A DNA stretch of 52,083 nt, filler included, from Catajapyx aquilonaris (GCA_000934665.2; 3 parts of 3 records of this genome joined end to end with filler, not necessarily neighbours in it), one strand, 5' to 3'; counted from the whole stretch's first letter, positions 1 through 13,534 are shown. Numbers and translations: made by a program. The notes: generated by a model not told the origin, from the sequence alone.

Positions 1-1240
1 GGGAGTACTTCGAAAAAGACCATGTGCCCATTGATCCAGTTCAATAAATAGTGTGAGAAAAAAAATAAGTCTCAGTCTTTTTTGATCCGCCCTCGTAGTA
101 TAGGGACTATAGGTAGAATATTATCGTGGCCACGCTTAAATGTGATTGTCTTCAATAAATTGTTCCAAATTGCCATAATTAGTGTTTCATCCTCAACTGC
201 ACAAATCATGTCCACGAAAGAGTTGACACATGGGCACAACAGTCACATCCTATTACCAGTGTACCTTTTAAATGTAAAAGGTGTTGAAGAACTACTGGCT
301 GAATTACGAGTTGCCAGGTTGGAGTGGGTGGGAATTATGGAATGGTGCCAGAAAAAAACCCCTTTCTAACGGTAACATGACCATTTATTATTGGTGGAAA
401 ATGAAAGAAAATAACGATAGTGGATATAATTATGATCCTTCAATTGAAGAAATTTTTCAGCCATTATCTCAATTTTGCAAATGGGCATTTTTGCGATAGA
501 GCGGACATGAAGGGACGATTATTTTTTTCGTTGAATACCGCGTTTGATCACACCAATCGGATGCTCAACATCTCTACCAAACAATGCCATTCTTAAAATT
601 GCCTAGTGTTGCTGTTCTTTGGCACCAGCTGCTCATACGTTCGTTTTTATGCTCCTGGGTTGTAGTGCTGCAGGTACTGCAGCTGAATAACAGTACATCA
701 GGGATATTCAACTGGCGGCCCGCGGTCCGGATCCGGACCGCGACGTAATTTCGTCCGGACCGCGACGATATACAGGACAGTTTGAAATACTGTAGCATTA
801 GAAATTACTAATTCATGTTTTTTTGGAAAAAGTGCTACCAATTTTATCAAATACACACCCATTCAAATCTCCCACTTTCACCTAAGCTCGTGTGACCTTC
901 TACCCCCCAAAAAAATTTCGCCTGCGGCGGGCTTGCTCCCCGCCCTTTACGGCTTGTTCCTCTTGTGCTTATGAAATGAGGCCCCCTCCGAAATTTTCTG
1001 CCTACGCGCCTGTACAGGACATCATAAAGGGCGAAAATGTCTTAATATGCCCTGTCTTGATAGACCCTTCTACCCTTGCTGCACATGTTTCTATTTTCAA
1101 AAATGAGCCCTGTGGTACCATATAAAAATATAAAATCCATATCTTTACCCNNNNNNNNNNNNNNNNNACCTTCAATGGCCCAGGAAAGGTAAATAGTGGA
1201 CCTTGTCATAAACTAGTTGAATACCCCTGCAGTACATCAT

Positions 1241-1615
1241 GGGGAGGTGTGGTGGCCGAGATGGTAACGTCTCGGCTTGCTGAGTGAAAGGTCCCATGTT
1301 CGATCCCCGCCTGGGAGCTCCCTTTCGCCTGCGTCAGTAGGGTTTCTGACCCGCGCCTTGGAGGTGTCTGGTAACCTATAACCTCCTGGGGGACTGCACA
1401 TGTCCCAGTTTGAGACATTGCACTTGCACCTGTGACCCCTCCCCAAAAAATCCACATTCCCTTCCCCATGTCCCCTTTCTCCCTGGCATGGTGTGAAGAA
1501 AATTATAGAAAAATCTGATGAGTAAAATGGCCGTATTCCACCCCCGTAATGGAGCGCCGATTCTCCCAATGCAATGGGGTAAAAAAATAAAATAAACATA
1601 AACATAAAATAAATA
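1241..1615 (+). mobile_element. tRNA-derived SINE
   Basis: Pol III A box TGGCCGAGATGG and B box GTTCGATCC; a central block (GGGGGACTGCAC...ATTGCACTTGCAC) shared with the other SINE copies; A-rich tail. Confidence 0.8.
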
Positions 1616-2273
1616 ACGGTACATAAGATTTCGATGGTTTCCCCAATATTGATGCTGCGACTAACATGAAGCAATCATAACTCTATTTGTACATGTGCAA
1701 CGTGTGTAAAGATAGCCAAGGTCAAATTTCGCGCATAGGTTTGGACCATTGTTGGGTTCCGACTTCTTTGACTTACATGTATAGTTGCATGTATATGAAA
1801 AAAAAATCATTACTTACATGGCATAGTGCTCACAAATGAAATAACTACTTATTGTTAGTAACAGGGAAACCTGTTTTAGACAACAGCAACTTCCTTCCAG
1901 ATACCGGTACCAGGAAAAGTGAGTTGCCGACGCCATTTGCGTTACTCTGTTTATTATTTTTTTATGTCAAAAAGTAACGAAAAGTGAAGCGTGAATTAGT
2001 TGCATTTTAAAATGCATTATCATTAAAGAAATGTAATGTAAGCCTGTTTAATAATGTAATATCATGATAAAGAAATCATGGACCATATAGTATGTTGGCA
2101 ACTTGGCGCCCAACTATGTACCGCAACTTTCTCATTGATATTTTTAAAAGTTGTTTATATTTTCATGGCCATGGCTACATCTGCAGAGCTGAAAGTTAAA
2201 TTAGGCACATAATTATTACAAATGTAAGATTATGCTGCAGTTATTTTAATTTTTATATGCTTCTGTTTTAAAG

Positions 2274-2351
2274 ATAAAATGTGTGACCGGATCAGTGATG
2301 CCATTTTGGATGCCCATCTTGCACAAGATAAAGACGCTAAAGTGGCATGCG
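2274..2351 (+). CDS. MAT: S-adenosylmethionine synthetase internal exon (equivalent to vertebrate MAT exon 2)
   Basis: Flanked by ttttaaag| and |gtgag. The 78 nt encode (D)[25 protein letters not shown](E), matching the MAT motif PDKxCDQISDAxLDA...AKVACE. Phase is compatible with the next exon. The upstream exon was not found in the window. Confidence 0.95.
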
Positions 2352-2418
2352 GTGAGTTTTCCTTCTGTTGTCATTAAAAGGACTTGATGATAACATATTT
2401 TTGGCAAAAGGTGAACTA

Positions 2419-2639
2419 CAGTGCTGGATGTTAATTGTTGAGTAGCCTACGGACAACGACATGACACATGAACCACAGTGCATCAAACCTCATCGAACCA
2501 AAGAATAAGATCAAATTGCCTTGGGTGATGTCACTCAGGGTAATCCTATCTTATTCTTTGGTTTGATGAGATTCAATGCACTCCTTCACTGCTGCGTCTC
2601 ATATTGCTGTCAAGACTCGACCATTAATATCCAGCACTG
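2419..2639. mobile_element. Tc1/mariner-type MITE
   Basis: TA|CAGTGCTGGAT...ATCCAGCACTG|TA, largely palindromic. Confidence 0.75.
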
Positions 2640-4102
2640 TAGCCTACCATTATTGCAGTGAGGATTTAAAAACCAGTGCTAATTAAATTGGATGGAAATT
2701 TTGTGGCAAATTATCTCCTCTGCTCTTGTGTAACAGTATACTAACGTGATGATTGACCCAATCTGAAGGATTGCAACAGTCTGCAGTACCTTTTTAAATG
2801 AGGTTAGCAAGTGGCACATAAGCACAAGCAATCTTATTTTATGCACTTCATTAGGGATGTATCCATACCTGGTAGGCTACTGATGTAGTGTTGAGGGAGG
2901 AGACTGCCATCTCCATACCGAATAAAGCGAGTGGTGCATCCGCCACTAGACGATGTGCAATGGCCAGAACCAAATGAAATAATGGAAAGCTTCAAATTTT
3001 TTTGCATCATGAGAACAAGCAGATAAATAATCATGCCACTCTAGAGTATTAGGAACAATAATCGTCGTTGATCTGACGAAAGGACGAATTCAACATTTTC
3101 ATAATTTGACAGGAGAGGCAAAAGAAACCTGCAAACTGTATACAAATACATATAGGATCGGCATTCAGATTATCCGTTCTCTCTGACGCCACTTGTTCCA
3201 TATGTTCGCCGTTTTGTCAGAATGTGACCCAACACTTGATGGTGCTGGCAGAGGTCGTAATCAGATTTTAGTGAAAATGTCGAATTTGTCATCTTGTCAG
3301 ATTAACGATGATATTCTACCTGTTAATGAGACTTTAACTTTACTCGTTACTTTCCATAATACTCATTCTGGTTGTTGGACCTTAGCATCAACTGCAATGT
3401 AGTTGCCGGAATAAAAATAACTCTTCATCATTAATAATTTTCTTAATTTTGGCTGACGTTAGATTCCAAATGTTATCTTCCAAGATTTTCTAATTTTAAA
3501 TCATCTTTTCAATTTGCTATTTGCATAATGAGTTACTCTATCTCACTTGTCAGCTTAATATTGTCAAACTGTTGCTCATTTTGCATGCCGGAATTGTTAT
3601 TAGCTAATTTATGTAATGTGTTTACCTGATTCCATCAGTTATAATCTGCCATGTTGATTCAGGAACACCAGATCATTTATTATGCCCTGAAAATCTTAAT
3701 CAAGTTCCTTATTATCGTATATTTTAAAGCCATTCTTAGGTATTATTAGTCTCTTTTGGGTGTATTAGATTTTTTCTGGATTTTTAAAATACTTTGCATA
3801 AAACCTTGGTCCTTACGAGGAGGGAGATCAGTAATTTCCGCACTTCCAAGACTGGACCAAGACAGTCAACTATGCTATTAACCCTTGAGGACAAAAACAG
3901 GCATAATCATCCTGGTAATAAAGTGGGAACAACCTGTTCAAAACAAGGAAAATTGTTCCAATACTCCAATGAACAATTTATCCCTAGAATTCACCTTGTC
4001 ATCTGGCAACATCTGGATGTTCCCAAATGTATAGTCTTTGTGAATTGGATGGCAGTCTCGTCCAACCAAATTATAATTAATTAAATTGATGGAACAAGTT
4101 AA

Positions 4103-5403
4103 AGCTGACAAGGGAAGTGTAAGTGTTGCAAATGGAGTTGCTGAATGAAACTTGGCACAATAATATAGCCAGATAAGTTATTAAACAAAATGCAAACAAT
4201 TTAGGCGGAACCATATAAGGTCAAAAGTTATGACCTCTCGAACTCAGCCCAGACAGCAGCTTACCTTACGAGCGAAGTTTCAGATTTTGCACTCAAAAAC
4301 GCAGACATTTTATTGTATTACTGGAAAGGGATAATGACTGTGATTACAACGAGCTAAATTGATTGATCGCAGCCATATTTGAAAAAGTCGCTTCTGAATT
4401 TTTTCGAAAAAGAATAAATACGGAAATATATTATGTTATCTCAAATTACGTGCCCGATTGGCGTCAAATCCAGCTTATATAGCTATTGGAAAATTCAGAA
4501 GATCAAGTTCCCTTATTTGTCGTAAGCCGGAAGCATAAACCACCTGCAGATGAAATGAAGCATCGTGCATTAGCACCTACAACAATTTGTAACAATGTGT
4601 TCCAATCATGTCCGTACGATCACATCTGAAGTATAATATGACAGTGTGGGATATTACTGTACAGTAGAGAGGGAGAGGGAGAGGGAGAGAGAGAGAGAGA
4701 GGAAACTGTTTTTAAATATATTTTTGTCGGAGGTGATTTGTATATCAGTGCATCAGGGCGTAGTCAACTGCTTGTGTATGGCCAAGCCCAACTTCAAACT
4801 GACTCACAATTCTCCCTGGTGCGGTGGGTAGAAAATGCAAGCCAGGTGCAGGCTGCATTCCAAAAGTAATTGACATCCAGCATTCTGGAAGGGATTAGCT
4901 CCCTTGACTGGCGTGACTCATGAACGCTGACAAGGTTCAAATATAAAAATAGCCCAGACCGTCACCACCTGTGACGGCAAATGTGCTAGTTTTGAAGACC
5001 TGGATCCTGTCGACGCTCCGCCGGTGAGACATTTCTCCCCTATTTGTACCAGCATCATTTATAGTTAAATTTTTCGGAACGCAATAATTACGGTACTCTA
5101 AAAATTTAAAAGAAATGCCCTTATTTATGTTAATAACCAATTGAAGATGTTCGAAAAGGAAAACCGAAAATCCCAGTAAATCTCCAGTAATACAATAAAA
5201 TGTCTGCGTTTTTGAGTGCAAAATCTGAAACTGCGCTCGTAAGGTAAGCTGTCCAGGCTGAGTTCGAGAGGTCATAACTTTTGACCTTATATGGTTCCGC
5301 CTAAATTGTTTGCATTTTGTTTAATAACTTATCTGGCTATATTATTGTGCCAAGTTTCATTCAGCAACTCCATTTACAACAATTAACACTTCCCTTGTGA
5401 ACT
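4103..5403. mobile_element. Non-autonomous DNA transposon with ~220-bp TIRs (superfamily uncertain)
   Basis: About 4107-4326 is the near-perfect reverse complement of about 5183-5398. A diverged relative lies at about 38755-39925. Contains a GA-rich microsatellite at 4666-4701. Confidence 0.8.
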
Positions 5404-5678
5404 ACAATAGTATTGTGTAGTGTTATTTTGTAGCACATTCTAAGCAATGATGGGTATAAATGTTTTTGAGCAGGTGCCTGTAGTCTGTTATTCTTCATAG
5501 CTTACTTGCACCTTTCTCATGTTTAGAGATGGTACATAGCATCATATATGATAAGTAAAGAACTGTACATTCACTGTCAAGAGATTATTCCTTACCTACT
5601 TGTTTCCTAAGGGAATGATATGGTACACCTGTAGTGATGCTGCATAAGCAATGTGTCTTACATTTTCTGTTATTGCAG

Positions 5679-5801
5679 AGACCGTGACCACGACAGGATT
5701 GGTCTTAGTGTGTGGCGAGATCACCTCAAAAGCTAATGTTGACTACCGGAAGGTTGTGCGTGAGACTATCAAGGCTATTGGGTATGACGGCTCCTCCATG
5801 G
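5679..5801 (+). CDS. MAT: S-adenosylmethionine synthetase internal exon (equivalent to exon 3)
   Basis: Flanked by ttattgcag| and |gtaag. The 123 nt encode (E)[40 protein letters not shown](G), including the GEIT motif. Confidence 0.95.
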
Positions 5802-6002
5802 GTAAGTGTGGTTGTTTCATTCTGAGGTGCCATTTTGTGACATATCACATTTAGGAAGGGTTTTCATGAGCTATAGGGTGTGTATATGTTGTACCTTTGT
5901 ACCATGGGAAATTTGAGCTAGTGAAAAGCTAAGTCATGCCTTTTCACACATATATGCAATTCTCCCTCTCTCCCTCTCTCCCCCTCTCCCTCCCCCCATG
6001 AC

Positions 6003-7562
6003 CAGAGGCGTATCTACGGAAAATAGCGCATATGGCAAGCACTGAAACTGCGCCCCTGTCCACACATCTGAAACCCATCTTTCAGATAACTTTATCATTA
6101 AATCGGCGCAAATATACCAGTCAAAAGTTCATTAATCTTTTAATTGACAAATGACACTTACTCATAAAAATTACAACTGCGCCTTCCATGCCAGTTGGTC
6201 TATTGATGCAGTCAAAGTCAGTGTTTGTCAGTTTCTTCTCTTTCTACACTCAGCAGAGCAAAATCATGCAGAGCCTACACTCTACTGCATTGATCCATGG
6301 AGTCATCATAGTGCTTCTCGCCCATAACACTGTGCAACACGATATTTATCCATGGGACTTCATTGCCATTGTTCCTTAGGTCACTCATAACTCATGTAAC
6401 ATTTCATTTTGTCTGACCTTTGTTTTTGACCTAGGGGCGTTCAAAAAACCTAGCTCGAAAAAAAAATGTTGGTGTCATTCCATGAAAATCAAATGAAGAA
6501 ATTCTGCTAGACCATCACGGATTTTGATGAAAAAATCACAACTGTACACACCTATGCCAGCTTACTTCATAATGCTTAATGTCTTGTTTCAGCGATATTT
6601 TGCAAAATACTGTGAGGAGGGGAAAATCGCGAATGTTTCGAAAGGCCTAACATGAGGCCTTTTTGGACTTTTTTTTCCGGTTTGTGGAAGTGGTCAAAGT
6701 CCAATAGACATAACACAATTTATATAAAATGAAAGAGAAAGGCGAGGAGAATGCGCCTATGGAATTAGTTTTCCTTTAAAATGTAACCAGAATAATGGGC
6801 GTGGCATTTCATGGGTCACATGTCCACGAATTTGGGCCCCCGAAAATTAGTGGGTAAATCTACGAATATTTTCTTGCGAGCCATCCATGAGCCATACCTG
6901 ACCATACTTAAAACTGAACATTAAACCTTGTGTGGGGCACAACTCCTATCACCGAAGATGGCTGCTCTTACGCAAATATATCGCTAATTTTTGGGGTCAA
7001 AATACTTGGACATGCGACTGACATTGAGCATGTGACCATTGGAATGCTGCGCACATTTTTCTGGTTACATTTTAGAGGAAAACAAATTTCACATTCGCAT
7101 ACTCTTCGTATTTCTCTTTCATTTGATGTATATGTTGATTAGGTTTTGACTATTTCCACTAACCTAAAAGAATATCCCAGAAAGGCCTATTTTCAGCCCC
7201 TTCCAAAATTTTGTGATTTCTTTTCTTCCCACGGTATTGCGCAATATGTCTGAAACTTGACTGGCTATATCTCGAGGACCTTGGCTTTCTGACTGCCCCA
7301 AACTAAAAAAACCGTTCAGGAAAAATGAATGGTCATTATGAGTTACGAGTGCCCTAACGAACATATGGAAATGCCATGAATACCCATGGACAAAAAGTTG
7401 ATTTTTGTTACATAGTAGTGTAAAGATCATACATCTAAAGAAAATTCTATTTTCACCGTCTGAAGATAGCTCATTGACTGTAACAGAAAGTGCTCAGTGG
7501 CGCCCCCTTCAAGTGGCGCCTATGGCACGTGCCATACTTGCCATACCCTAGTTACGCCCATG
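6003..7562. mobile_element. hAT-type non-autonomous element, probably with a nested insertion at about 6432-7357
   Basis: Termini CAGAGGCGTA...TACGCCCATG with subterminal GCGCC/ATGGCA repeats typical of hAT-N elements. Confidence 0.6.
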
Positions 7563-8014
7563 ACGCCAATCAGACTCGTGTGTATAATTAAGAGCTGGTA
7601 TAATTGACATTCCTGCAGATGTGAATTAAATTAAGAATCACGTGGTGTGTCAGGTGAAAAGTTCAAAATAATTCACAAATTCTGATGTACATTGCAGCTA
7701 CTGAGGTCCCTCCCCATTACTCAGCATTGGGACAGACCTCAGCTATAAGATCACTTATAACAGACACCTTGAAGCTGTTACATCCGGATTCAACATACTG
7801 TATTATCACTATAAAATATGATGTGGTCTTCCATGGTAGTTATTAATTAGTGAAGTACAGTAATTTATTGTCATCATAAAGAGTACATTTCAAATGTACA
7901 GAAGTTCAAGCATAATCTTCCAATCACAGTCTTGTATACTCAGGTCTGGGCACTTCCCCTCTTATCTTTGTGCCATTGTCTGGGAACAGGTGTAGGGAGC
8001 GGGGTTGGCAATAA

Positions 8015-8701
8015 CCCTTAACTAAGTAGGTGGAGCCTGAGAGGCTCCAACCGCTATTTAAACGCATGTGACTTTTTAAGTAAATTTTTTCCCCCCTGTC
8101 CTTCCGTGTTTGTAACAAAAACCTTCCTAAGCATGAAAAGAAGAAAAAAAAATTTTTAGTCGCCATTCTTTGGCTGAAAAAGATTCATAACGAGGAACAG
8201 GTGCCACCTAGGAGCCGCTCAGGCTCCACCTATGTAGTAAAGGGTGCTGTGGGGAAAACGACTGCACCCTTTTAAAGGGTGCAGTCATTTTCTCTATATT
8301 CAGACGCTCTCCATGGAGATAGGGAAAACAACAGCACCCTTTACTACATAGGTGGAGCCTGAGCAGCTCCAACTGTATATTTAAATATCTGCTTATCAGC
8401 TCAATTGTTATACTGGACTTTTCACATACAAAAAATTCAGCTCAGATAATTAGGCTGCCGAAAATGTAAAAATCACACGCTGAGTCAGCATATTCTGACA
8501 GAAAAAAATTCGTAACGACGAGGAACAGGTGGCACCTGGAGCCGCTCAGGCTCCACCTACGTAGTTGACTCAGCGTGTGATTTTTACGTTTTCGGAAGCT
8601 TAATTATCTGAGCTGCATTTTCTGTATGTGAAAAGTCCAATATAACAATTGAGCAGATAAGCAGATATTTAAATATACAGTTAAGGGTTAGTAGTTAAGG
8701 G
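8015..8701. mobile_element. piggyBac-like MITE
   Basis: ATAA|CCCTTAACTA...TAGTTAAGGG|TTAA; the motif AGGTGGAGCCTGAG(C/A)(G/A)GCTCC recurs four times in both orientations; internal inverted repeats. Confidence 0.7.
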
Positions 8702-8711
8702 TTAAGATCTG

Positions 8712-8896
8712 CTGCAGTAGCCAAGCCCCTGGCAGAAGTTTCTGGAATTAGTTGAAGCACAATGGCATCGATCCAGGTGTGGATAGTAAGACAGTGTCTG
8801 GGTCTATGATATGGCAATCATGATGCCACTAGATTATGTGATCGATGCCATCATGCTTGATTCCAGAAATGTCTTTCAGGGGCTTGGCTACTGCAG
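8712..8896. repeat. Short inverted-repeat element (probable MITE)
   Basis: CTGCAGTAGCCAAGCCCCTG at 8712 and its exact reverse complement ending at 8896. Confidence 0.6.
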
Positions 8897-9372
8897 ACAG
8901 CTCCTAAGTTGGCTACCTGGGTGGGAAGAACTAAGCACACAGGGATTGCCGTAACCCATAAGGCTAGGATGGAAGTGTCAGGGGGCCGCTTCCAGTTATG
9001 ACAATGGACTCTCAAAATTGAGAGCGATTCTGAAGTCAGGTGTGCTTCTTTTGCTCTAATTTGTTTGAAACTTACAGTAGATTACTCTGAATTAGGACAT
9101 TGTGATTAACTGTACAGGCTGCCGGAATAAGAATGCCAGAAAAAGAAATGTTAATAACTTATTCGTTATGCATTCTATAGCAATGAAGTTCATTGTGATA
9201 AGCTTTTGAAAAAGCAAGGTTGTTAACAAAACTTTCACATATAGGGCCTATACTTTAACAGTGTGAAAACATAATCAAATCCATCTCCAATCCAAGTAGC
9301 CAAAAAGTAACCTTAAAAATGTCATTCCCACAAGTATGTGGAACTTCAGCAGCAATATTAATATATGCTACA

Positions 9373-11468
9373 CTAGCAGCGGTACCCGTTCTTCGCACGG
9401 GGAAAAAAGAGCGTGGATAATTACACCGAAATCTTCTTAGATCTCAAGCAATATTAAATGCAAAACTGCTCATTCCCTTGCATAATTATGTAGGCACTGG
9501 AAGGGTGTAAAAATTCTGGTTTGTTTGCGTAATAAAGAGCCACGCAACTATGGCTATGTGGTTATCAGAATACAAAAATGTGGGACAGGTGGAGAGAGAA
9601 ACAAAGAGGAAAAAGAAGAGAGGAAAGACTGGTAGCCTATCTCTCTTAGTGTGTCTCCTATCCCAAAGACCTGTCCAACTTGGGCGGCCCTACCAGTAGA
9701 CGAAACTACCGCCGGCATAGCTCTTCAGGATCATGGGAAAACGAAAGCCCACCACCACGGCAAGGTGGAGATACATTGGGGGGAGGGGACATAAAAAATT
9801 TGGATAAAAAAATTGGGGGAAGTGCAAAATTTGAAACAATTTACAGGCCTGTTTCTATGGTAATCACCAACAAAATTCTGTTGCCACAGGCAAACAAATG
9901 TTATTTTTTTTTGCCTTACATACGTAGATTATCAAAATATGTTATTTATTTATTAATTTATAGCAGCAAACCCGTGTGTAGTGTCTGGTACATAATTAGG
10001 TTGAACTTGGTGTCAGTCAACGTACACAGAAGTGATCGAAAGCGGAGGGATAATTGGACAGTGTTAACCATTAATTGGTCAACCCACAAAAATGTCAAAA
10101 TTGAGCCAAGCCCAGGAACATACACCCTTTGCATACACCCAAAGCGGAGGTTCTTAATCTTTTTGGGCCTCCGCACCCCTTTGTAGACAATATATTGGTC
10201 CTTATTGCACCCCCTATACCAGGGGTGATTGATTAAGTTCATAGTTAGACCAGTTATTAGCTCTTGGTTAGATTAAGTCCAGAGGTGCACCTTGCTCGCA
10301 CCCCCAGGGAAGCCACCTCGCACCCCCTGGAGGTGCGGGCACCCCAGGTGAAATGTGCATACTTCTGCCATAAATGACCGAAAAGAACACTGAATTAATT
10401 TCACAGGTGTGACCTTCAAAGCCCTTTTTCTCAAAACTGGTCTCACGTGGGTTGACGCATTATTGCATAACACCGTCCAGGTCCAATATTATCAAAATAA
10501 TACAGTAGGTACCCGTTTTACACCCCCTCCATTTTACGCCGTTCTACATTAATGCCGGTTTGAAAATGACATCATCAAATTTTTAAATTGAAAAATTGTG
10601 ATAACGTGGGAATTATAATAGCTTGCTGGTTGTGAAGTGGCCAAGAAAGATTTCCCATGCGGGAAGTACCCGTTTTACGCCGCTCCATTTTACGCCACTT
10701 CACATTAACCCCGGTTTTAAACATTTGAACATTTGAACATTTGAAAATTTTGTATCAGATTAAAAAAAAAAAAGGATGATAACACAATCTGAACATGAAG
10801 GCATCACTCCAACACTACTGAGAGCAAACACACGAACGTATACCTGCTCTTCTTTCCTCTGTGTTTCCTGGTGCCTTGTGGCAGGTTCTACCGATATGCA
10901 CTGTACAGTACTGTATTGTTCGGTATTGTTGATCTCGGAACTCCCTGAAGTACTCCAACCGTTAATTGTTACAATACCCTACGTGTCAAGGGGGTAATCA
11001 CTCGACTGAAAAGTGTACACTGGAGCACCAAATTCAAGGAGTACCACGGAGTAATAAAGAGTGAGGTGCCTGAGAAGTACCAGGGAGTACCACTCCCAGG
11101 TGTACACCAGAGTACCGAAGTGATTACCCCCTTGCTACGTGTACTGCAATTATTATTCTTGCCAACCTGCCCGTTGTTCTATTGTTTTCATTGTTGAATA
11201 TGCAATGTTGATTTCATTTTAGAACATGAGTGAGAGAGGCAGATCCATCATTTGGGCTTGTTGACAGCCAGGGTTGCTAGGCAATTGCTTAATCTGCTGA
11301 AAACCCCCCCCTAGACTCAAAAAAGTTCGGTTTGGGACTTTTCTCGGGGTCAGTGATATGTAAGACATGGCTCTGCGAAATTTGAGCGCTCTCCGTACCC
11401 GGGAAGTGGCTTAATTAGGCGTGATAAATAAATATACGTGCAAACTTTGAGCTTTATATATATAGGGA
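9373..11468 (-). mobile_element. Non-autonomous Helitron-like element with nested MITEs
   Basis: On the minus strand it starts 5'-TCCCTATATATA and ends with the hairpin CCCGTGCGAAGAACGGG followed by CTAG-3'. Inserted in an AT dinucleotide (a9372/t11469). Confidence 0.65.
10987..11134. mobile_element. P-element-like MITE
   Basis: TIR CAAGGGGGTAATCACT...AGTGATTACCCCCTTG with a perfect 8-bp TSD CTACGTGT (10979-10986 and 11135-11142). Confidence 0.8.
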
Positions 11469-11602
11469 TTTTAGAATTCTAGTAAGTAGCATTTGTTAAT
11501 ATTGCAGAAGTGAGGTGCTGAAAATAAAAAACCGCCAGCTCCAGAAAACAAAAAAAATGAGTTAGCGCCGGCAATGCATTCCTCATGCCATGGAGTACAT
11601 AA

Positions 11603-11781
11603 TAGAGTAAAACCCCTGTTGTTGGACACCCCTATATATTGGACACCTCTCTATGTTGGACATTTTTTTCGGAACCGTGGAAAAGTCTATCAATGTTAAC
11701 TATCTCTCTAAGTTGGACACCCCTCTATGTTGGACATTTTTTTGTGGAACCGTGAGTGTCCAACTTAGAGGGGTTTTACTG
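11603..11781. mobile_element. pogo/Tigger-type MITE
   Basis: AGTAAAACCCCT...AGGGGTTTTACTG|TA with internal TTGGACAC repeats. Confidence 0.7.
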
Positions 11782-12074
11782 TACCTTAATATGGTATTAA
11801 AAACCCTACAACAAAGCTGTCAAATGCAGGGGTGAAAAGTGACCGCCGTAACAAAAACCGCCAGCTCCATCCCCACTCGCAGAAAATTACAGATCAAAAA
11901 CCGCCAGCTCCATCACGAAACTAAAGCTGACCTGGGAGACAGTACATACTGTGAAGCTCGTATGGATAACGACGGTGCGAATGAGATGCGCATTTAACAG
12001 AACACCTTGCGTAATGTAATGGAACATTGGTATGTAAGCGTGGAATAAACTTAAACATTTACATGGATAGACTT

Positions 12075-12418
12075 GGGGAGATAAAGTGGTGTCGCGGTAA
12101 CGCTTGCGCCCACGGATATGAAGGTCCCGGGTTCAATCCCCACCCGGGGTTCCCACCTTTATCCGTGCAGAGTTGGGCCATCTCTGGCTTCATTTCGGGT
12201 GGCAATTTCCGACAGACTAAGCCACCCGGGGGAGTTCACAAAATAACGATTAGAGATATTGCACTTGCACTTTGCACATCCCCTCCCACCCACCCTTGGA
12301 GTACACTAATTAAGATCCTTCTTAAACTCGCTCCAAAAAAACAAATTCCAATGGTGGTAACCCACCCCCCCTAAGGAGTAGTATAACTCCCCCCGTGGGG
12401 TAATGGAAAAAAAAAAAA
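12075..12418 (+). mobile_element. tRNA-derived SINE
   Basis: A and B boxes (GTGGTGTCGCGG, GGTTCAATCCC), shared core, poly(A) tail, and a degenerate TSD tttaca(t/c)ggata(g/t)actt on both sides. Confidence 0.85.
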
Positions 12419-12892
12419 CGTTTACACGGATATACTTGTGTTTCATGTTTCCCTCACTCAATTTTGCATCAAAAACCGGCAACTCCAGCTGTTGCAAATC
12501 AAAAACCGCCCAGTGGCGGAATGGACGGTCCACAGCTCATTGGGTAATGGCGGATGATTTCATAATAACTTACCAATGGTTGTGTTGCTAGTAAAGGAAT
12601 CTATAGCCGCTACATTCAGGTGTCTACGTTGACATACGGTGAAAGTGTAGGTTTTTCTCGTTTTTCTCCGGTACGTTTATGACGGAGCTGTCGGTTTTTG
12701 ATTTTCTGCACCTCAAGTTCCACATACAGTAGAACCCCGATTATCCGATGCATAGATTAAGAACCATCTTAATCTATGATCCGATGTTGGATTAGCAGAC
12801 TCTTCGGTTTATCCAATCGCAACCATCCCGCTCCAGAAATAAATATTTTTCTGATCAAATACTGTAATGTACTATGCATTTGTTTCGTATTG

Positions 12893-12893
<1 letters not shown>

Positions 12894-12962
<69 letters not shown>

Positions 12963-12966
12963 TATC

Positions 12967-12997
<31 letters not shown>

Positions 12998-13000
12998 ATA

Positions 13001-13063
<63 letters not shown>

Positions 13064-13131
13064 TAATTTTTCCTCCCTGCCTCTAAACACAGGGAGGGAC
13101 ATCTCAGACTTCCATCCACTAATGTACAAGT
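12894..13131 (-). mobile_element. 5'-truncated retroposon 3' end with an expanded (AAT)n tail
   Basis: 11-bp TSD TTTCGTATTGC (12883-12893 and 13132-13142). On the minus strand the stem-loop CCCTCCCTG-TGTTTAGAGG-CAGGGAGG precedes the (AAT/GAT)n tail at 12895-13062. Confidence 0.7.
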
Positions 13132-13238
13132 TTTCGTATTGCCTCATAGTAGCTTAGTTAAAAGGTAAATACAGTACAGTAGGTAGTGTATGTAAAAAAT
13201 AAATACTTCACTATTTTTTAGAAAACCATAATATTGTA

Positions 13239-13445
13239 CAGTGCCATGCACAATAGCATACACCAAGTGTAAACAACGACTTTGGCGTTACCTGGCAACT
13301 GGGCGTGTTCGGACATCGGCATGTGGAGAGTGCTTAGCGTTCTTTCTGTCGTTGCCACTGTTTACAGGTAGCGATTGATGCTGGGCGACCTATCGCGAAG
13401 GGTGTGTGCATGCTTACCAATGCATGGCAAGCGGGCTGAGGGGGA

Positions 13446-13534
<89 letters not shown>

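Noticed and set aside
82..575. ORFs with a faint resemblance to a hAT dimerization domain (NKLFQIAIISVSSS)
   Set aside because: The ERSFS motif is absent and the frames are broken; too weak to call.
1241..1315. tRNA-like sequences (also at 12075, 16000, 16667)
   Set aside because: They are SINE heads followed by shared cores, tails and TSDs, with no complete cloverleaf.
2274..5801. Bacterial-like TTGLVLV motif suggesting horizontal transfer of MAT
   Set aside because: Exon sizes and phases (78/123/113 nt) fit the animal MAT gene structure, and the rest of the sequence is animal-type.
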